Source of the DNA: Mizuhopecten yessoensis
Lineage: Eukaryota
DNA: 64,000 nucleotides
Assembly: GCF_002113885.1 (NCBI RefSeq)
Contig: NW_018408906.1
Coordinates: 594,890-658,889, forward strand
Reading direction: 5' to 3'
Shown: positions 12,986-26,445 of the stretch, one piece after another
How positions within the stretch are numbered: the stretch's first letter is position 1
How the letters are laid out: each line of letters begins with the position of its first letter
Notes under the pieces: model-generated
Database searches by the model: none
What the model saw: only the letters and a program-made list of their open reading frames with translations
What the model was told of the DNA's origin: nothing
Position numbers and translations under genes: made by a program

Positions 12986-15900
12986 TCACATGGTACAGAT
13001 ACGGTATTGTATATATATGTACCAAAAACAAAATATGGTATGCAGTTTTGTGAACAACCCGCTTTTTGGTTATTCCTTAAACATTCCTGATGATGTAATA
13101 AAGCAGTATCTTGAATTAGTTTTGGTTTCTTATGGGATTTATGAAACACTTTTTAGTTCAACAGAGCCTCGCTAAAAAATATTTTTTTAAACCTCTTATG
13201 AAAATGGAACTTATCAAAGACCTTACGTTTGTTTTATGTATTTAATTGTTTAACTATTCATAAAATATGCAATGTATTTTTTGATTTCACAGATGGTTTA
13301 ACTATAAACTATTTTATTTCAGTCTATATATTCACTTTTCTATCGATGAAATTCACTTTTTTGGAGAAAGGAATCTAGAAAGAATACAGATATGTAACAG
13401 CGCCTGTGATTGGTTCAGAAGTGGATCACGTGCTTTTAATTGGATATAATTTGAACAAATGAAAGGAAACCAAACTAATGAAAACCATGAAAATAAAAAG
13501 ATGACAAAAAGATTAAGCGAAGCAGTAGAGGTCAATGGCCAAGGACACGAATTTATTTATGAAATTGGGGAAATATCTTATTATTTACGACATGTTGACA
13601 ATATTGAATCTATTTATCTAGCTGCCACTCTCGATAAACTGCAAACACCAACTCAATATAACCCACACACTGGTAAAAATGCCAATCATTCGATTGTTAC
13701 ATCTCAATAAAACTATCCGTGATGTTTCGAGTTAGTTTCTTTCAATCAAACGAGTCGGAACGAGTCGCCGGCTTAGCCAATTTACGACTTGTCATGGGAT
13801 TTGGTTTGTTACCGTAAGCATAGTGTCATAGAATAGATCTGTTACACTATCTCCAGTGACCAAGCCAATGATACGCTTTAGCCGTTTACGTTGCGTCTAG
13901 AAGTCTGTAGAAATCGGAGTACATTTACTTGATTGATTCGTAGGAATCCGTCCTCGGCAAGGATTAGGTGGAAAAGCCCCGTAAATGAAATGACACAAAC
14001 AATAATTAGGTTTTTAATAGATTTCTTGCCTGAAACCTTTATTTTATGTGTAGAGTAATCTTGGGGATATGAATTGTATTAAGTCTCGTGAATTATTGAA
14101 ATGTTGACTAGGAAATATTGTCTAGCGAACTGCATTACCAGGAGCTTGCAATGACAAAATACTGATCGCAATATTGGAACGTAATTATTTTGGCTGTCAC
14201 CATCTGGGGAAACTACGTCCCGGCAGGATCAGCCCTCTAAGAGGAGTCTGACAAATGGACCCTCTACAGCGATGCGATATGACAAAAATCAATGTTGAAT
14301 TAAAACAATAACATGTTTGGTGCTAGCCTCACGGGTCGAGAGACGTACAAACGAAAAATCCTCTTTGACAGCCAAATAGAATAGCAAATTTTAGATGTAG
14401 GGAGATAAAAGCTTCGACATTAATTCGGGATAAATCCGTCGCGCTTTCGTTCCCCAAGCCGATTCTGTCCTCCAGGGAGTCTGGCATTAGATTCTTCTGT
14501 TTCAGCTTCAAATCTCCTTCACAGAATTCTTCTGGGAGACGTGTAACTATCGCCTACAAGACATGTTTGTATGTTCGTTAAGTAGCCTTGTTACGAATAC
14601 TCCTGACATTTGTACTTTAGTTGATAAAACTCTCAAAATCTCTCCTGGTGACGTCATTAACGTTGTTGTGACAGCTTTGTGACGTTTCGTGCAATGACAA
14701 ATGTCGGACGTTTGGCGACACCGAGTTTATCCTAGCCTTGTTTATGTCCAATATGGGTTGACATCACAATACACAAATACATATCGATATATATTTACAG
14801 GACCATTTTTTCCCTAGGATTATATAGCACTCTTCGGAAAAGAACAACATACGATAAAGATTGGATTTGATCTTAAGATTTCTCAACTATTCGTACTAAC
14901 ATTCACCGATATTTCTACGTTATAAAATGGTGTATTTGCTATTTATTGTAACATTTAAAAAAAAATGGTTGTATCGAAAAAGAATAAAAAAAACCCATCT
15001 CAAAATACGCTAAAGTTATGAATAATCGATTGAATTTGAAATGTGAGATTCATTTCTTATCACACCGTCTCTTTGTTAGTTTCAGTGAAGGTACAAATCT
15101 ATCAAAAATCTTCTAAAATGAACGTTTTATCGATTTTCACTTTACAAGTGCTTTATTGCGTTTTATTTGCTTGAGATCGTTGGAATACAAAGTCGTTCAC
15201 GCGAGGAAGGCGACCATTTTTGATGGCGTGATCTTAGAGGCGAACTCTTACGAAAATGTCACATCTTGGACACAACTTGTGTATCAGCCCACCAGGTCCA
15301 TCATACCGATAACGGGTTGGCAAGAAAGGTCAGGGCCGACATCAGGGAGACATCATGAAATTTTGAAAGATCATGGGCGGTGGTAGTGGTGATGGGGACA
15401 GTTGTAAACGTGATGGGCAACACATTGGGAGGGGAGCAGGCGACAATCAGAGGAGAACAGTGACCAGGGATGAAGGACCGTTGATATTGGGGAAGAGGGC
15501 AATACTCAGTTCAAAATCAAAAATTTATTGGAACATGTCAATAACAAGAATGAGTTCAAAAAAGGAGGCCGGGAAGGATGGAGGACAAAATGTCTCGATG
15601 AGGGGAAAAGGCACAGATATCGGCGGATCTGGTCGGTTTTCCTTCCAAACAGACAGCAGTGTCCAGTCCTCCAAGTTGTCGTTGCTCGGATTCTCAGCGA
15701 AAGTGGTTTTCTCCTGCCCACACACCTCTTGTAGCTCAGATGGAGTATAAAATGGTCAGGAGTATAGGTGTTACAGTGTCTGTGTTGTAACATTCAAGGG
15801 AGGGTAGCACGGTCCCATCGCAACCAAAAAAGCCTATATATGGCTAGTATATCTCCAGCATAGAGGTAGGCGTCGGGGAGTAACAGCTATCGCTTACCTG

Positions 15901-16269
15901 TTAACATTAAAGATACGTGACTCATCATTTTCAAAGTCGCTGGGTTTCTTTATCTATCAGTAAGGATGCTGCCTCCTCATTTTCAAAAAATGATCTAGTT
16001 TTCCTTAAAACTATATGGGTTATTTTCGTAGCAATATTAATTGATGCATAAAATGAGATTAAGATGTTAAGCATCAAAGAAACAAAAAAAACGAAAACTG
16101 ATATCAATGAACAGGGTGCCAATATCGAGAGGCACTGTGGGACATTAGATGCCAGTAGATATACACATAGTGTAGGTATATAGACAGGTGAAAGGTTTGG
16201 ACAGCAGCTGGTTTATATAGGCAGGTGAAAGATACAGATGGTCGACATAGACAGGCGTTTGTTGTTGAC

Positions 16270-19140
16270 AGGTGGCAGCTATAGACAGATGGCTGCTAAG
16301 GACAGATGGCTGCTATAGACAGATGGCAGCCATAGACAGGTAGCGGAATATAGACAGATGGCCGTCATAGACAGGTAACGGCTATAGACAGATGGCAGTC
16401 ATAGACAGGTGGCGGCTTTAGACAGATGGCAGTCATAGACAGATCGCTGCTATATACAGATGCCAGTCATAGACAGGTGGCGGCTACAGATAGGTGGCAA
16501 TCATAGACAGGTGGCGACTTTAGACAGATGGCAGTCATAGACAGATGGCAGTCATAGACAGGTGGCAGTTATAGACAGGTGGTAGTCATAGACAAGTAGC
16601 GGCTATAGACAGGTGGCAGTCATAGACAGGTGGCGGGTATAGACAGATGGTAGTAATAGATAGATGTCTGCTATAGACAGATGGCAGTCATAGCCAAGTG
16701 GTGGCTATAGACAGATGGCAGCCATAGACATGTGGCAGTCAAAGACAGATGGCAGTCATAGTCAGGTGGCGGCTATCGACAGATGGCAGTCACAGACAGG
16801 TGGCGGCTATAGACAGATGGCAGTCATAGACAGGTGGCGGCTATAGACAGATGGCAGTCATAGATAGGTGACGGCTATAGACAGATGGCAGTCATAGACA
16901 TGTGGCAGTCATAGACAGGTGGTGGCTGTAGAAAGATGACAGTCATAGACAGGTGGCGGCTACAGACAGGTGGCAGTCATAGACAGGTGGCGGCTACAGA
17001 CAGGTGGCAGTCATAGACAGCTGGCGGCTATAGGCAGATGGCAATCATAGACAGGTGGCAGTCATAGACAGGTGGGGGCTATTGACAGGTGGCAGTCATA
17101 GACAGGTGGCGGCTACAGACAGGTGGCAGTCATAGACAGGTGGCGGCTACAGACAGGTGGCAGTCATAGACAGGTTGCGGCTTTAGACAAATTGCAGTCA
17201 TAGTCAGGTGGCAGTCATAGACATGTGGCGGCTATGGACAGATGACGGCTATAGGTAGATGACAGGCATAGACAGATGGCAGTCATAGACAGGTGACAAC
17301 TTAGGCAGATGGCGGCTATAGACAGATGGCAGTCATAGACAGGTGGCAGTCATAGACAGATGGCGGCTAAAGATAGGTGACAGTCATAGACATGTGGAAG
17401 TCATATACAGGTAACAGCTATAGACAGGTGGCAGTCATAGATAGTTGGCAGTCATAGAAAGGTGGCAGTCATAGACAGGTAGTGGCTATAGACAGATGGC
17501 AGTCATAGACATGTGGCAGTCAAAGACAGATGGCAGTCATAGTCAGGTGGCGGATATCGACAGATGGCAATCATAGACAGGTGGCGGCTATAGACAGATG
17601 GCAGTCATAGCCAGGTGGTGGCTATAGACAGATGGCAGTCATAGACATGTGGCAGTCAAAGACAGATGGCAGGCATAGTCAGGTGGCGGATATCGACAGA
17701 TGGCAATCATAGACATGTGGCAGTCAAAGACAGATGGCAGTCATAGACAGGTGGCGGCTATAGACAGATGGCAGTCATAGACAGGTTGCGGCTTTAGACA
17801 AATTGCAGTCATAGTCAGGTGGCAGTCATAGATATGTGGCGGCTATGGACAGATGACGGCTATAGGTAGATGACAGGCATAGACAGATGGCAGTCATAGA
17901 CAGGTGACAACTTAGGCAGATGGCGGCTATAGACAGATGGCAGTCATAGACAGATGGCAGTCATAGACAGATGGCGGCTAAAGATAGGTGACAGTCATAG
18001 ACAGGTGGCGGCTACAGATAGGTGGCAGTCATAGACAGGTGGCGGCTATATACATATGGCAGTCATAGACATGTGGCAGTCATAGACAGGTGGCGGCTAT
18101 AGACAGATGGCAGTCATAGACAGGTGGCGGCTATAGACAGATGGCAGTAACAGACAGGTGGCGGCTTAGACAGATGGCTGTCATAGACATGTGGCAGTCA
18201 TAGACAGGTGGCGGCTATAGGCAGATGGCAGTCATAGACAGGTAGCGGCTATAGACAGATGGCAGTCATAGACAGGTGGCGACTATATACAGATGGCAGT
18301 CATAGAAATGTGGAAGTCATATACAGGTAACAGCTATAGACAGATGGCAGTCATATACAGGTGGCAGTCATAGATAGTTGGCAGTCATAGACAGGTGGCA
18401 GTCATAGACAGGTAGTGGCTATAGATAGGTGGCAGTCATAGACAGGTGGCAGTCATAGACAGATGACAGTCATAGACAGGTAGCGGCTATAGACAGATGA
18501 CAGTCATGGACATGTGGCGGCTACAGACAGATGGCAGTCATAGACAGGTGGCAGTCATAGACATGTAGCTGTAATAGACAGGTGGCAGTCATAGACAGAT
18601 AGCAGTCATAGACAGATAGCAGTCATAGACAGATGGCAGTCATAGACATGTGGCGGGTAAATACATGTAGCTGTTATAGACAGGTAGTGGCTATAGACAG
18701 GGTGCAGTCATAGACAGATGGCAGTCATATACATGTAGCTGTTATAGACAGGTGTCAGTCATAGACATGTGGCAGTCATAGACAGGCAACGGCTATAGAC
18801 AGATGACAAACATAGACACGTGGCGGGTATAGACATGTAGCTGTTATAGACAGATGGCAGTCATAGACAGGTGGCATATATAGACAGATGGCAGTCATAG
18901 CCAGGTGACGGTTATAGCTATAGACAGGTGGCTGTTATAGACAGATGTAAGCCATAGGCAGGTGGCGGCTTTAAACAGATGGCAGTCATCGACAGGTTGC
19001 GGCTATAGACAGGTGGCTGTTATAGACATATGTAAGCCATAGACAGGTGTCGGCTTTAGACATTTGGCAGTCATCGACAGGTGGCGGCTATAGACAGATG
19101 GCAGCCATAGACAGTGGACGGCTTTAAATAGGTTGCTGTT
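16270..19140 (+). repeat. 17-bp minisatellite (~170 units, often as a 34-bp dimer)
   Basis: Units CATAGACAGGTGGCGGC and TATAGACAGATGGCAGT alternate, with many point variants. Confidence 0.97.
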
Positions 19141-19830
19141 ATAGACTAAGGCAGGTTTGACAGTAGTTATAGACAGATGGTCTCTTAGACAGGTTTTACT
19201 GTAGTTATAGACGGGTGGTGTCTAAGGCAGGGTTTACTGTAGTTATAGACAGGTGGTCTCTTAGGCAGGTTTGACTAGTTATAGACAGGTGGTCTCTTAG
19301 GCAGGTTTGACTGTAGTTATAGATAGGTGGTCTTTAAGACAGGTTTAACTGTATTTATAAACAGATGGTAGCTAATGCAGGTTTGACTGTAGTCATAGAC
19401 AGGTGGTCTCTTAGGCAGGTTTGACTGTAGTTATAGACAGATGGTCTCTAATGCAGATTTGACTGTAGTTTTAGACAGGTGGTCTCTAATGCAGATTTGA
19501 CTGTAGTTTTCGACAGGTGGTCTCTTCGGCAGGTTTGACTGTATTTATAGACAGATGGTCTCGTATGCAGATTTGACTGTAGTTATATACAGGTGGTTTA
19601 TAATGCAGGTTTGACTGTAGTTATAGACAGGTGGTCTCTTAGGCAGGTTTGACTGTAGTCATAGACAGGTGGTCTCTCAGGTAGGTGTGACAGTAGTTAT
19701 AGACAGGTGGTCTCTAAGGCAGGTTTGACAGTAGTTATAGGCAGATGGTACCTAATGCAGGTTTGACTGTAGTTATATACAGGTGGTCTATTAGGCAGGG
19801 TTGACTTTACTTATAGACCTGTAGTACTAT
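19141..19830 (+). repeat. 38-bp tandem array (~18 units) containing a MITE-like terminus
   Basis: Unit TTATAGACAGGTGGTCTCTTAGGCAGGTTTGACTGTAG. It shares ATAGACAGGTGG with the 17-mer and adds GCAGGTTTGACTG plus TA. Confidence 0.95.
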
Positions 19831-22071
19831 AGATAGGTTTTAGCTGTGTTTTGGAATTAAGCATTGATGAGAACCTTAATTTTGAAAATACAACCAAATG
19901 TCATTTAACCTATTTATAAATTCTTGTTAAAGGGTTTATGCTTCGAGACCTAAGTAATAAGGATCAAGTCTTATAAAGTAATTAAGTGTGACGTGTTTTT
20001 TAAAATTTAATTACCTTATACGCATTTAATTCCCCCTACCATATATTGTCTTTCGTCAAAGTTCATTTAGAATACCTACATCTAAAATATTTGCCACTTA
20101 TTCCGATTTTTAAAACGTAATTTTATATGAAAACGTAAGCTGAATGAACAGACAAATAAGCTAACAATAAGAGCGACAAAGACAATATTGGGTCGATGTA
20201 TTTTTTCAGATACTTACCCTTTTTCGTAGATGTGTTTTAATTGCACTTAAATGTCTTTATTTATATTTGCTTGATGTGACATTAAATCGTTGTGAAATTG
20301 ACAACAGGTCCTTGTGGTATTGTCACGTGATAGACTTTTGAGGGTGCCATAGTGTTTGTCTAGCGCTGTGTTGGGCCGGTACCGCATTCCTTTTCAGTAA
20401 GTGTGGTGCAGTTTGACATATACTTGTATTGTCTTTAATTTTAAATGAAATTCGTCAATGTCATATATGGCCAATGCATGACAAGCTTACATCTTTGAAG
20501 AAGAGAATTTCAATATCCCTTTTTAACCAACATAAAATAAATTTTTAAACATCCCAACAATTGATAAAAAAAATATATTAAAAAAGCGTAACTGTATATT
20601 CTTTAATAGCATACAAAACTTTGATATTTTTGAAATAGTTTATAACGTGAATTAAAAAAAATAAGTTAGGTAAATTAAGCTTTTTTCTTCTTTAAAACAT
20701 AATTACAGGTTGTGTTCGTTTAATATGTGTATACTGGCCTTATTGAACAGGAATTTAGAGGACAAAAACCCCACCGCTACGGACCTCCCCGTGTAGCACA
20801 ATAAAATGAAGTCCGTTGAATTAGGTGTTACTAAATAAACATATCAGACTCGAGTGCCGGTGGCCAATTATCCGGTTTCATTTTATTTAAAATGGATGGA
20901 AATATTGACTCTATACAAACGTGAAAGCAGGAAAAGTGTGTCCCTTTAACATCACCTGTTAAATGTCTTTATACTTTCAATTCAAAGTAACAAAATAACC
21001 ATCACCTGCAACACTTTATAGAATTTTACAAGCGTGGCATGTAAACATCCATTTGTGAGATTTAATAGCGAGGTCCGGATAATCTGTCACCGTCATTGTT
21101 TCGAACTTTTATTTGATACGTACTGTCTCTGGAGCTAATAGACACCCGGCAGCCAATTCCGGATATGGCAAGATTCCGACCTCAGAGACAAAATGGCTAT
21201 CTTTGGTTGCGATTCAAATGTAGTAACTGTATCAATATTTGTAGTTAACAATTTAATCAATTGATGATTTTAACAAAAGAGGGTTTATGGCCGATCGTAC
21301 CCTAACATATTCCGAAGGGCTTAATGAGAACCTGTCCATTAGATTTTGAATTGGCCGTGTTTCCGCCGTTCTCAAAATTCTGTGTTAGTTTAGTAACGAC
21401 CCATACAATATCTATTTGATATAATTAAACATTTATTGTGAATGATAACAGCGTCATATAAATCCGGCGAAAAATATAAATCAGTGATTCGATAGTTTTG
21501 AAGTCGGTTCAGCACAGCAATATTAGCTTGAGTACATAAAAGAATATTTCTAGCATTGTATACATTTTAAATAATTGGACCAAAATTCCCCAAAAATATA
21601 CGACTTGGATTAATAAGTTTCTGTAAGGAAAAATTCAAATCAAGTTTGAAAAAAGAGAACATTTTTTTCAGACTTTATAGATGGAGTGTTAAGCTGACAT
21701 TATAAATGTCTTTCAGAATCAAGAATCACATGTTAGTTGATTCTAATGAACTATATGGGTAAACATAGGTTGGTTCCCCTTGGTGATCAGTTGATGAGAA
21801 TTGTATCTTAGAGGCCTGATAACATAGATTTGACCAACCGGGTAGCCGTTTTACGCTATCTCCGTCATTTAGTTTCCCAGGTGGCAAACTGATAGTACAT
21901 TTTCTCGTTAACAGTTTCATTGTTTCGATCAAATTGAATTAGTGGCACTGTTTTAAGATGAACGTTCGTATGCTAGCACGCAGTTCATTTCATGATCCTT
22001 ACGGATTTCTTAAGATATTTTGGCAATGTTCGTGTTGTTAAAGAGCATGCAAGAATCTTGAAACGTGTCAC

Positions 22072-22335
22072 CTGGGCCTTTATTCATGAAACCGTTCTCA
22101 AACTCAGATTCTGTTCGTAAGCCCAATTTCTTGTTCCGGTAATAGATTAGTAAAAATCCTCATTTTCTCAAAGATTTGGGGAAAAAGTTGGAGAGACTAA
22201 AATCTGGATACCGTTTTAAATATTTAAACTTTACCTTTTGGCCGTATCACAGGATTAAAGCAAGTTGCAAGAAAAATGGTTCGAGCACAGAAACCGTGCT
22301 TGATTATGAGAACGATTTCATGAATACGGGCCGAG
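22072..22335. mobile_element. MITE with ~29-bp TIRs, PIF/Harbinger-like
   Basis: Left end CTGGGCCTTTATTCATGAAACCGTTCTCA; reverse complement of right end CTCGGCCCGTATTCATGAAATCGTTCTCA. Confidence 0.75.
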
Positions 22336-25077
22336 ACATTTTATTTTGGTTATGACGACATTTTATCATTGTCATTTCGACGCTTGACACTCCGCTTCAA
22401 TAAATTTTATGAACGGATGAGGATGAAACGCTCAGATGTGTACGATGTTTAAAGAGCTGTTCCGTCAATACCGTTTTATTGACGATATATATATATACAA
22501 AAAATAAGTATTAGAAACCGCGTTTTATTCGATGACTGGTGGATAGTGTTTTAAAATAAATAAAATATAATGATCAAAGCATGTGCCTTTAACGAGTCTT
22601 CTTTTCCTCGTCCAGATAGGGTCACCACAGATCAAAGCAATTCGACAAAAATAAGAAAACGCAACTTTTCTAGAAACAGACCAACATTATCGATTCTTCA
22701 GGCGTTTTATTCGATATATAGATGACATTTCCTCAGAAACACCGAATAATCAAATTTTAGACATTTTACATTATTTTGAAGGTTTTCCCCAATAAAGCAG
22801 CTTCGTAATATGTCTCCAATCTCTTTAACTTTGAAAATAATCAAATGCTATCTTTTACACACAAAAAATCTGTAAGACCTTTATTCTGCATGAGATAATA
22901 TTGAATCACTTCTCTTGGGTAGCGATCATTTATGATCGCTGTTACGTTTAACTTCGATCTATTCTAACATACTTGTGGCATTAAGCGCGATCCCCAAGGA
23001 CGCTTGTAACACATATATGCACCGTTTGTGTGTTGTTCCTCGGATAATAAAGTGAACTTAAGCTCAATTAGGATCACCCATTATCATTATAGAGAATCGC
23101 AATCTAACAAATTTTAGTTCATTACCGACTCTAATTGGTAATTATTTCTCACATTAGCTCGTCTCAAACCCGCAATCCTCTTATCGAATTACACGAACGC
23201 TTTCAACGAAATAAATTGCCGAAAAGTTTACAAACTTTAGAATTTAACGGTCGTAAATTTTCGTGTAAAAAAAGGTAGAAGAAAAAAAACGATTCTCTTC
23301 AACAAGGAAGATTTTTTATTTGGTTTTGTGAAGAACTTGTTTATTTTTCTCAGTTTTGTCCAATCATCACAAGCATATCTATTCCATCGCGGATACCGGC
23401 GTCCGCCAAGGTTGTCCGTCTAGGCCTATCGGTTTTTAAAGAATAGTTAGCTTGATTTAAATTTAAAAATATATGTTGCGGTTGTTCTCTTCTTATCTAC
23501 AGGAACACATCATACTTTTTATAATAATTCATCCTTTTTTCGAACAATATCTTTTGTTTCATAAGGATCCACTTGTCTCTTAATATGAATTACACTCAGT
23601 TTAAAAACTCATTTACGGCGAAATAAGCTATTGAGTATTTTTCGAATCGAACATATAAACTTTGGTATGTTTAAACCTTGTTGTTTCTTTACGTAATGAA
23701 ATACCGGTGGTTAAGGCGATTTTATCACGGCACTGAATCAATTAAAGCTTTTCTAATCTGTTGTATTGACGACATCTTGTCTTGTAATTGAAAATTCTTG
23801 ACGAACTTTAGACGATGTCCAAGTAAAGAGCGCCCCTGTGATCATCGACACACCAAAGGGTTGGGACCCCATTGTCCTATCACATGCTCCTTACAGATAA
23901 AATAAAGAAGGGTTCAAACAAAACTGTCATAGGATACGACAACAAAAAAAACACAACCTTTTTTTTATCTACAAATAAAGTGATGGGAAATTAATTTCTG
24001 TTATCTTTCTTTGAAACGATTAATTGATTATTTACGGAGTTGATAATTAAATGAAGAATACTGTTAATGTTGTACATCAAAGATATATGTAAAGAATATT
24101 TCGGTATTCTGTTTCTAATGTATCTTCTTTAGATTGGAAGTAAAGATAACGTTTTGGCCGGAAGGAAGATTTGTTTAGCATAAAAACGGCGTTCATAGGG
24201 AGAGCTAGCCAACCTACAGTAATACTTGTCAAATAATTTTCTGAAACAACAAAAACAAAACAAAAATCTTGGCTTGTCGTGTAATAAATTTTAGTGTACT
24301 AATACAAAAAAAGTTGAAAATGTTTAGCAAATTGCATTTAAAGTATGAAAAGTAAAAAAAAAAAAAAAAAGATAGATCATGAAAGGGGTCGTATTTTCGG
24401 GAATTCTGTCAAAACATATTTTATTCTTGTGAAATGAGAAATAATGCAATTAAATGATTTATTATAGTGTATTTATTTTCTTTAATAGGTGAAAACAAAT
24501 ATACACACAATTATCAAATTTTGTTTCAAGAGATTGAATGTTTAAATCTTGTATATACGCTTCCACCGGAAAGCTCCCATTCCTTAAAATACGTTTGTTT
24601 TTACTGCAAACAAGGAATCGTATGTCGTTTGATTTTAAATAGATTTGTCTTCTTTTATGGTAAATATAGACAATTACACAGCAAAAATGCTTTGGGAGAA
24701 AATGGCTTGTTTTTACAGACGTAATCCCACGTGAATTCGTCTTATTTACATATATGGAATTCTAAAGGTTGGTGGATTTTTATTCCATTTAAATCAAATC
24801 AATTTTCTATTTTGCTGGAATCTCGTCAAACTGCACAGAGTATTAGATTTCTATCAGGGAAATAAGAAACCTGTTTTTCTATTTTATTATAGCTTTTGTA
24901 CAACCGACGTTTCGATTTTTAAGTTGAAGGTTTCAAAAACCCGAAAGCTCTTAATTCCAAAGATTGTTTTTCGCGTTCCAAGACATCGATTATCTATTGT
25001 GAACAAAGACAAATAAAATGACCGCAGTGTAATCCAAATTAATAACCCCCTCTCGAAAGACCGAACATGCGTACCTC

Positions 25078-25350
25078 TACTGAAATGAAAAGGCAATTTG
25101 TTTTTCATTTATAATACATAAAATGTCTCTCAAATCTCATACAAAATATGGTTCAGAGTTTAAAGTTAAGGGTATATGCTACCTTACCATGATATGACTT
25201 GTTCCGTAAATGTACTGAAATGAAAAGGCAGTTTGCTTTTCACATATTATGCATTAGTCATGAATGTGTCATCAATCTTAAGAAAAACATGGCGTAGAGT
25301 TTAAATTTAAGGAGGTATGCTACCTTACTGTATTATGACTATTTTCCATA
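25078..25350 (+). repeat. Old ~135-bp tandem duplication
   Basis: TACTGAAATGAAAAGGCA...AGAGTTTAAA.TTAAGG...TATGCTACCTTAC occurs twice. Confidence 0.8.
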
Positions 25351-25694
25351 AGAGTTATACAGAAATGTACATGTTGAGATATATTTTACGAAGTGTGAAT
25401 TTGGACCTGTTAATTCATTAATAATACTGAGGTATTTAGATATTGATAATTATACTAATTAAAGTACATTAAAGGGGGTTAACTAAAGCCATACAGAGTT
25501 ATCTTTAAGAATGATCTTTAAGCATAAAGGGACCTTCTTTTCTACGTTTTTGTTTTTAAGAAGAGTGGTGACTTCCTGCATCTATCACTCCAGTTGTATT
25601 TTCTTTCTTTCCACATTTGTAAACCAATTATTTAGCGCATTACGGTAAAACATTTATCAAACTAACCTATTAGGGATCGTATAATAGTTGTACA

Positions 25695-25910
25695 TAATTA
25701 TGATAGAATATGAATAAACTGAACTAATGAAGTTGTCATGAATATTCATTGCAAATAATTCTAATTATGATAGAATATGACGAAACCAAACTAATGAGGA
25801 TCTTATGAATATTCATAAGATATATATTATAATTATGATAGAATATGACGAAACCAAACTAATGAGGATCTTATGAATATTCATAAGACATATATATTAT
25901 AATTATAAAA
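25695..25910 (+). repeat. ~68-bp tandem repeat (3+ units) with an internal palindrome
   Basis: TAATTATGATAGAATATGA at 25695, 25762 and 25830; palindrome TCTTATGAATATTCATAAGA. Confidence 0.85.
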
Positions 25911-26356
25911 CCAAACTGAAGGGGATCGTATAAATAATTATTTGATACACAAAGAAATGCACTTACTCGTAACACTTCGATGACGATCTGTCATATTTAT
26001 CAAGATAACTAACTAAAGATGTATAATCTTTTTAACATCAAGAAATGTTTCAAGATAATCGAACAAGACTAAACGTCAATAATTAAAATAGCACGGAAAA
26101 TCAAATATCACTTGTTAACATAATCAATCCTTATTAATTTGCCCTAGCCGGTCCTTTAAAAGCATGCTCTTATATAAGTATACGGGATCCAAGACGAGTT
26201 ACAATTAAAGATGATATTTATAAACCTAGCTTAAGCGAGTCGAAACATTTTCAGAGGAAATCAGAACGTGTTTGAGATGCTATTTATCATACGTTTAACC
26301 TAATTGTGTAGAATAACAAATGCTATGGTCATAAATATATTATTTGTGATGTCACC

Positions 26357-26445
26357 ATCAGTGTTACTATATGTAATATCAGTGTTACTACATGCAATAT
26401 CAGTACTAGTGTTACAAAATGTAATATCAGTGTTACTACATGTAA
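26357..26445 (+). repeat. 21-bp tandem repeat (~4 units)
   Basis: ATCAGTGTTACTACATGTAAT repeated. Confidence 0.85.

Noticed and set aside
16270-19830. CRISPR-like regular repeats
   Set aside because: There are no unique spacers and no cas genes, and the context is eukaryotic.
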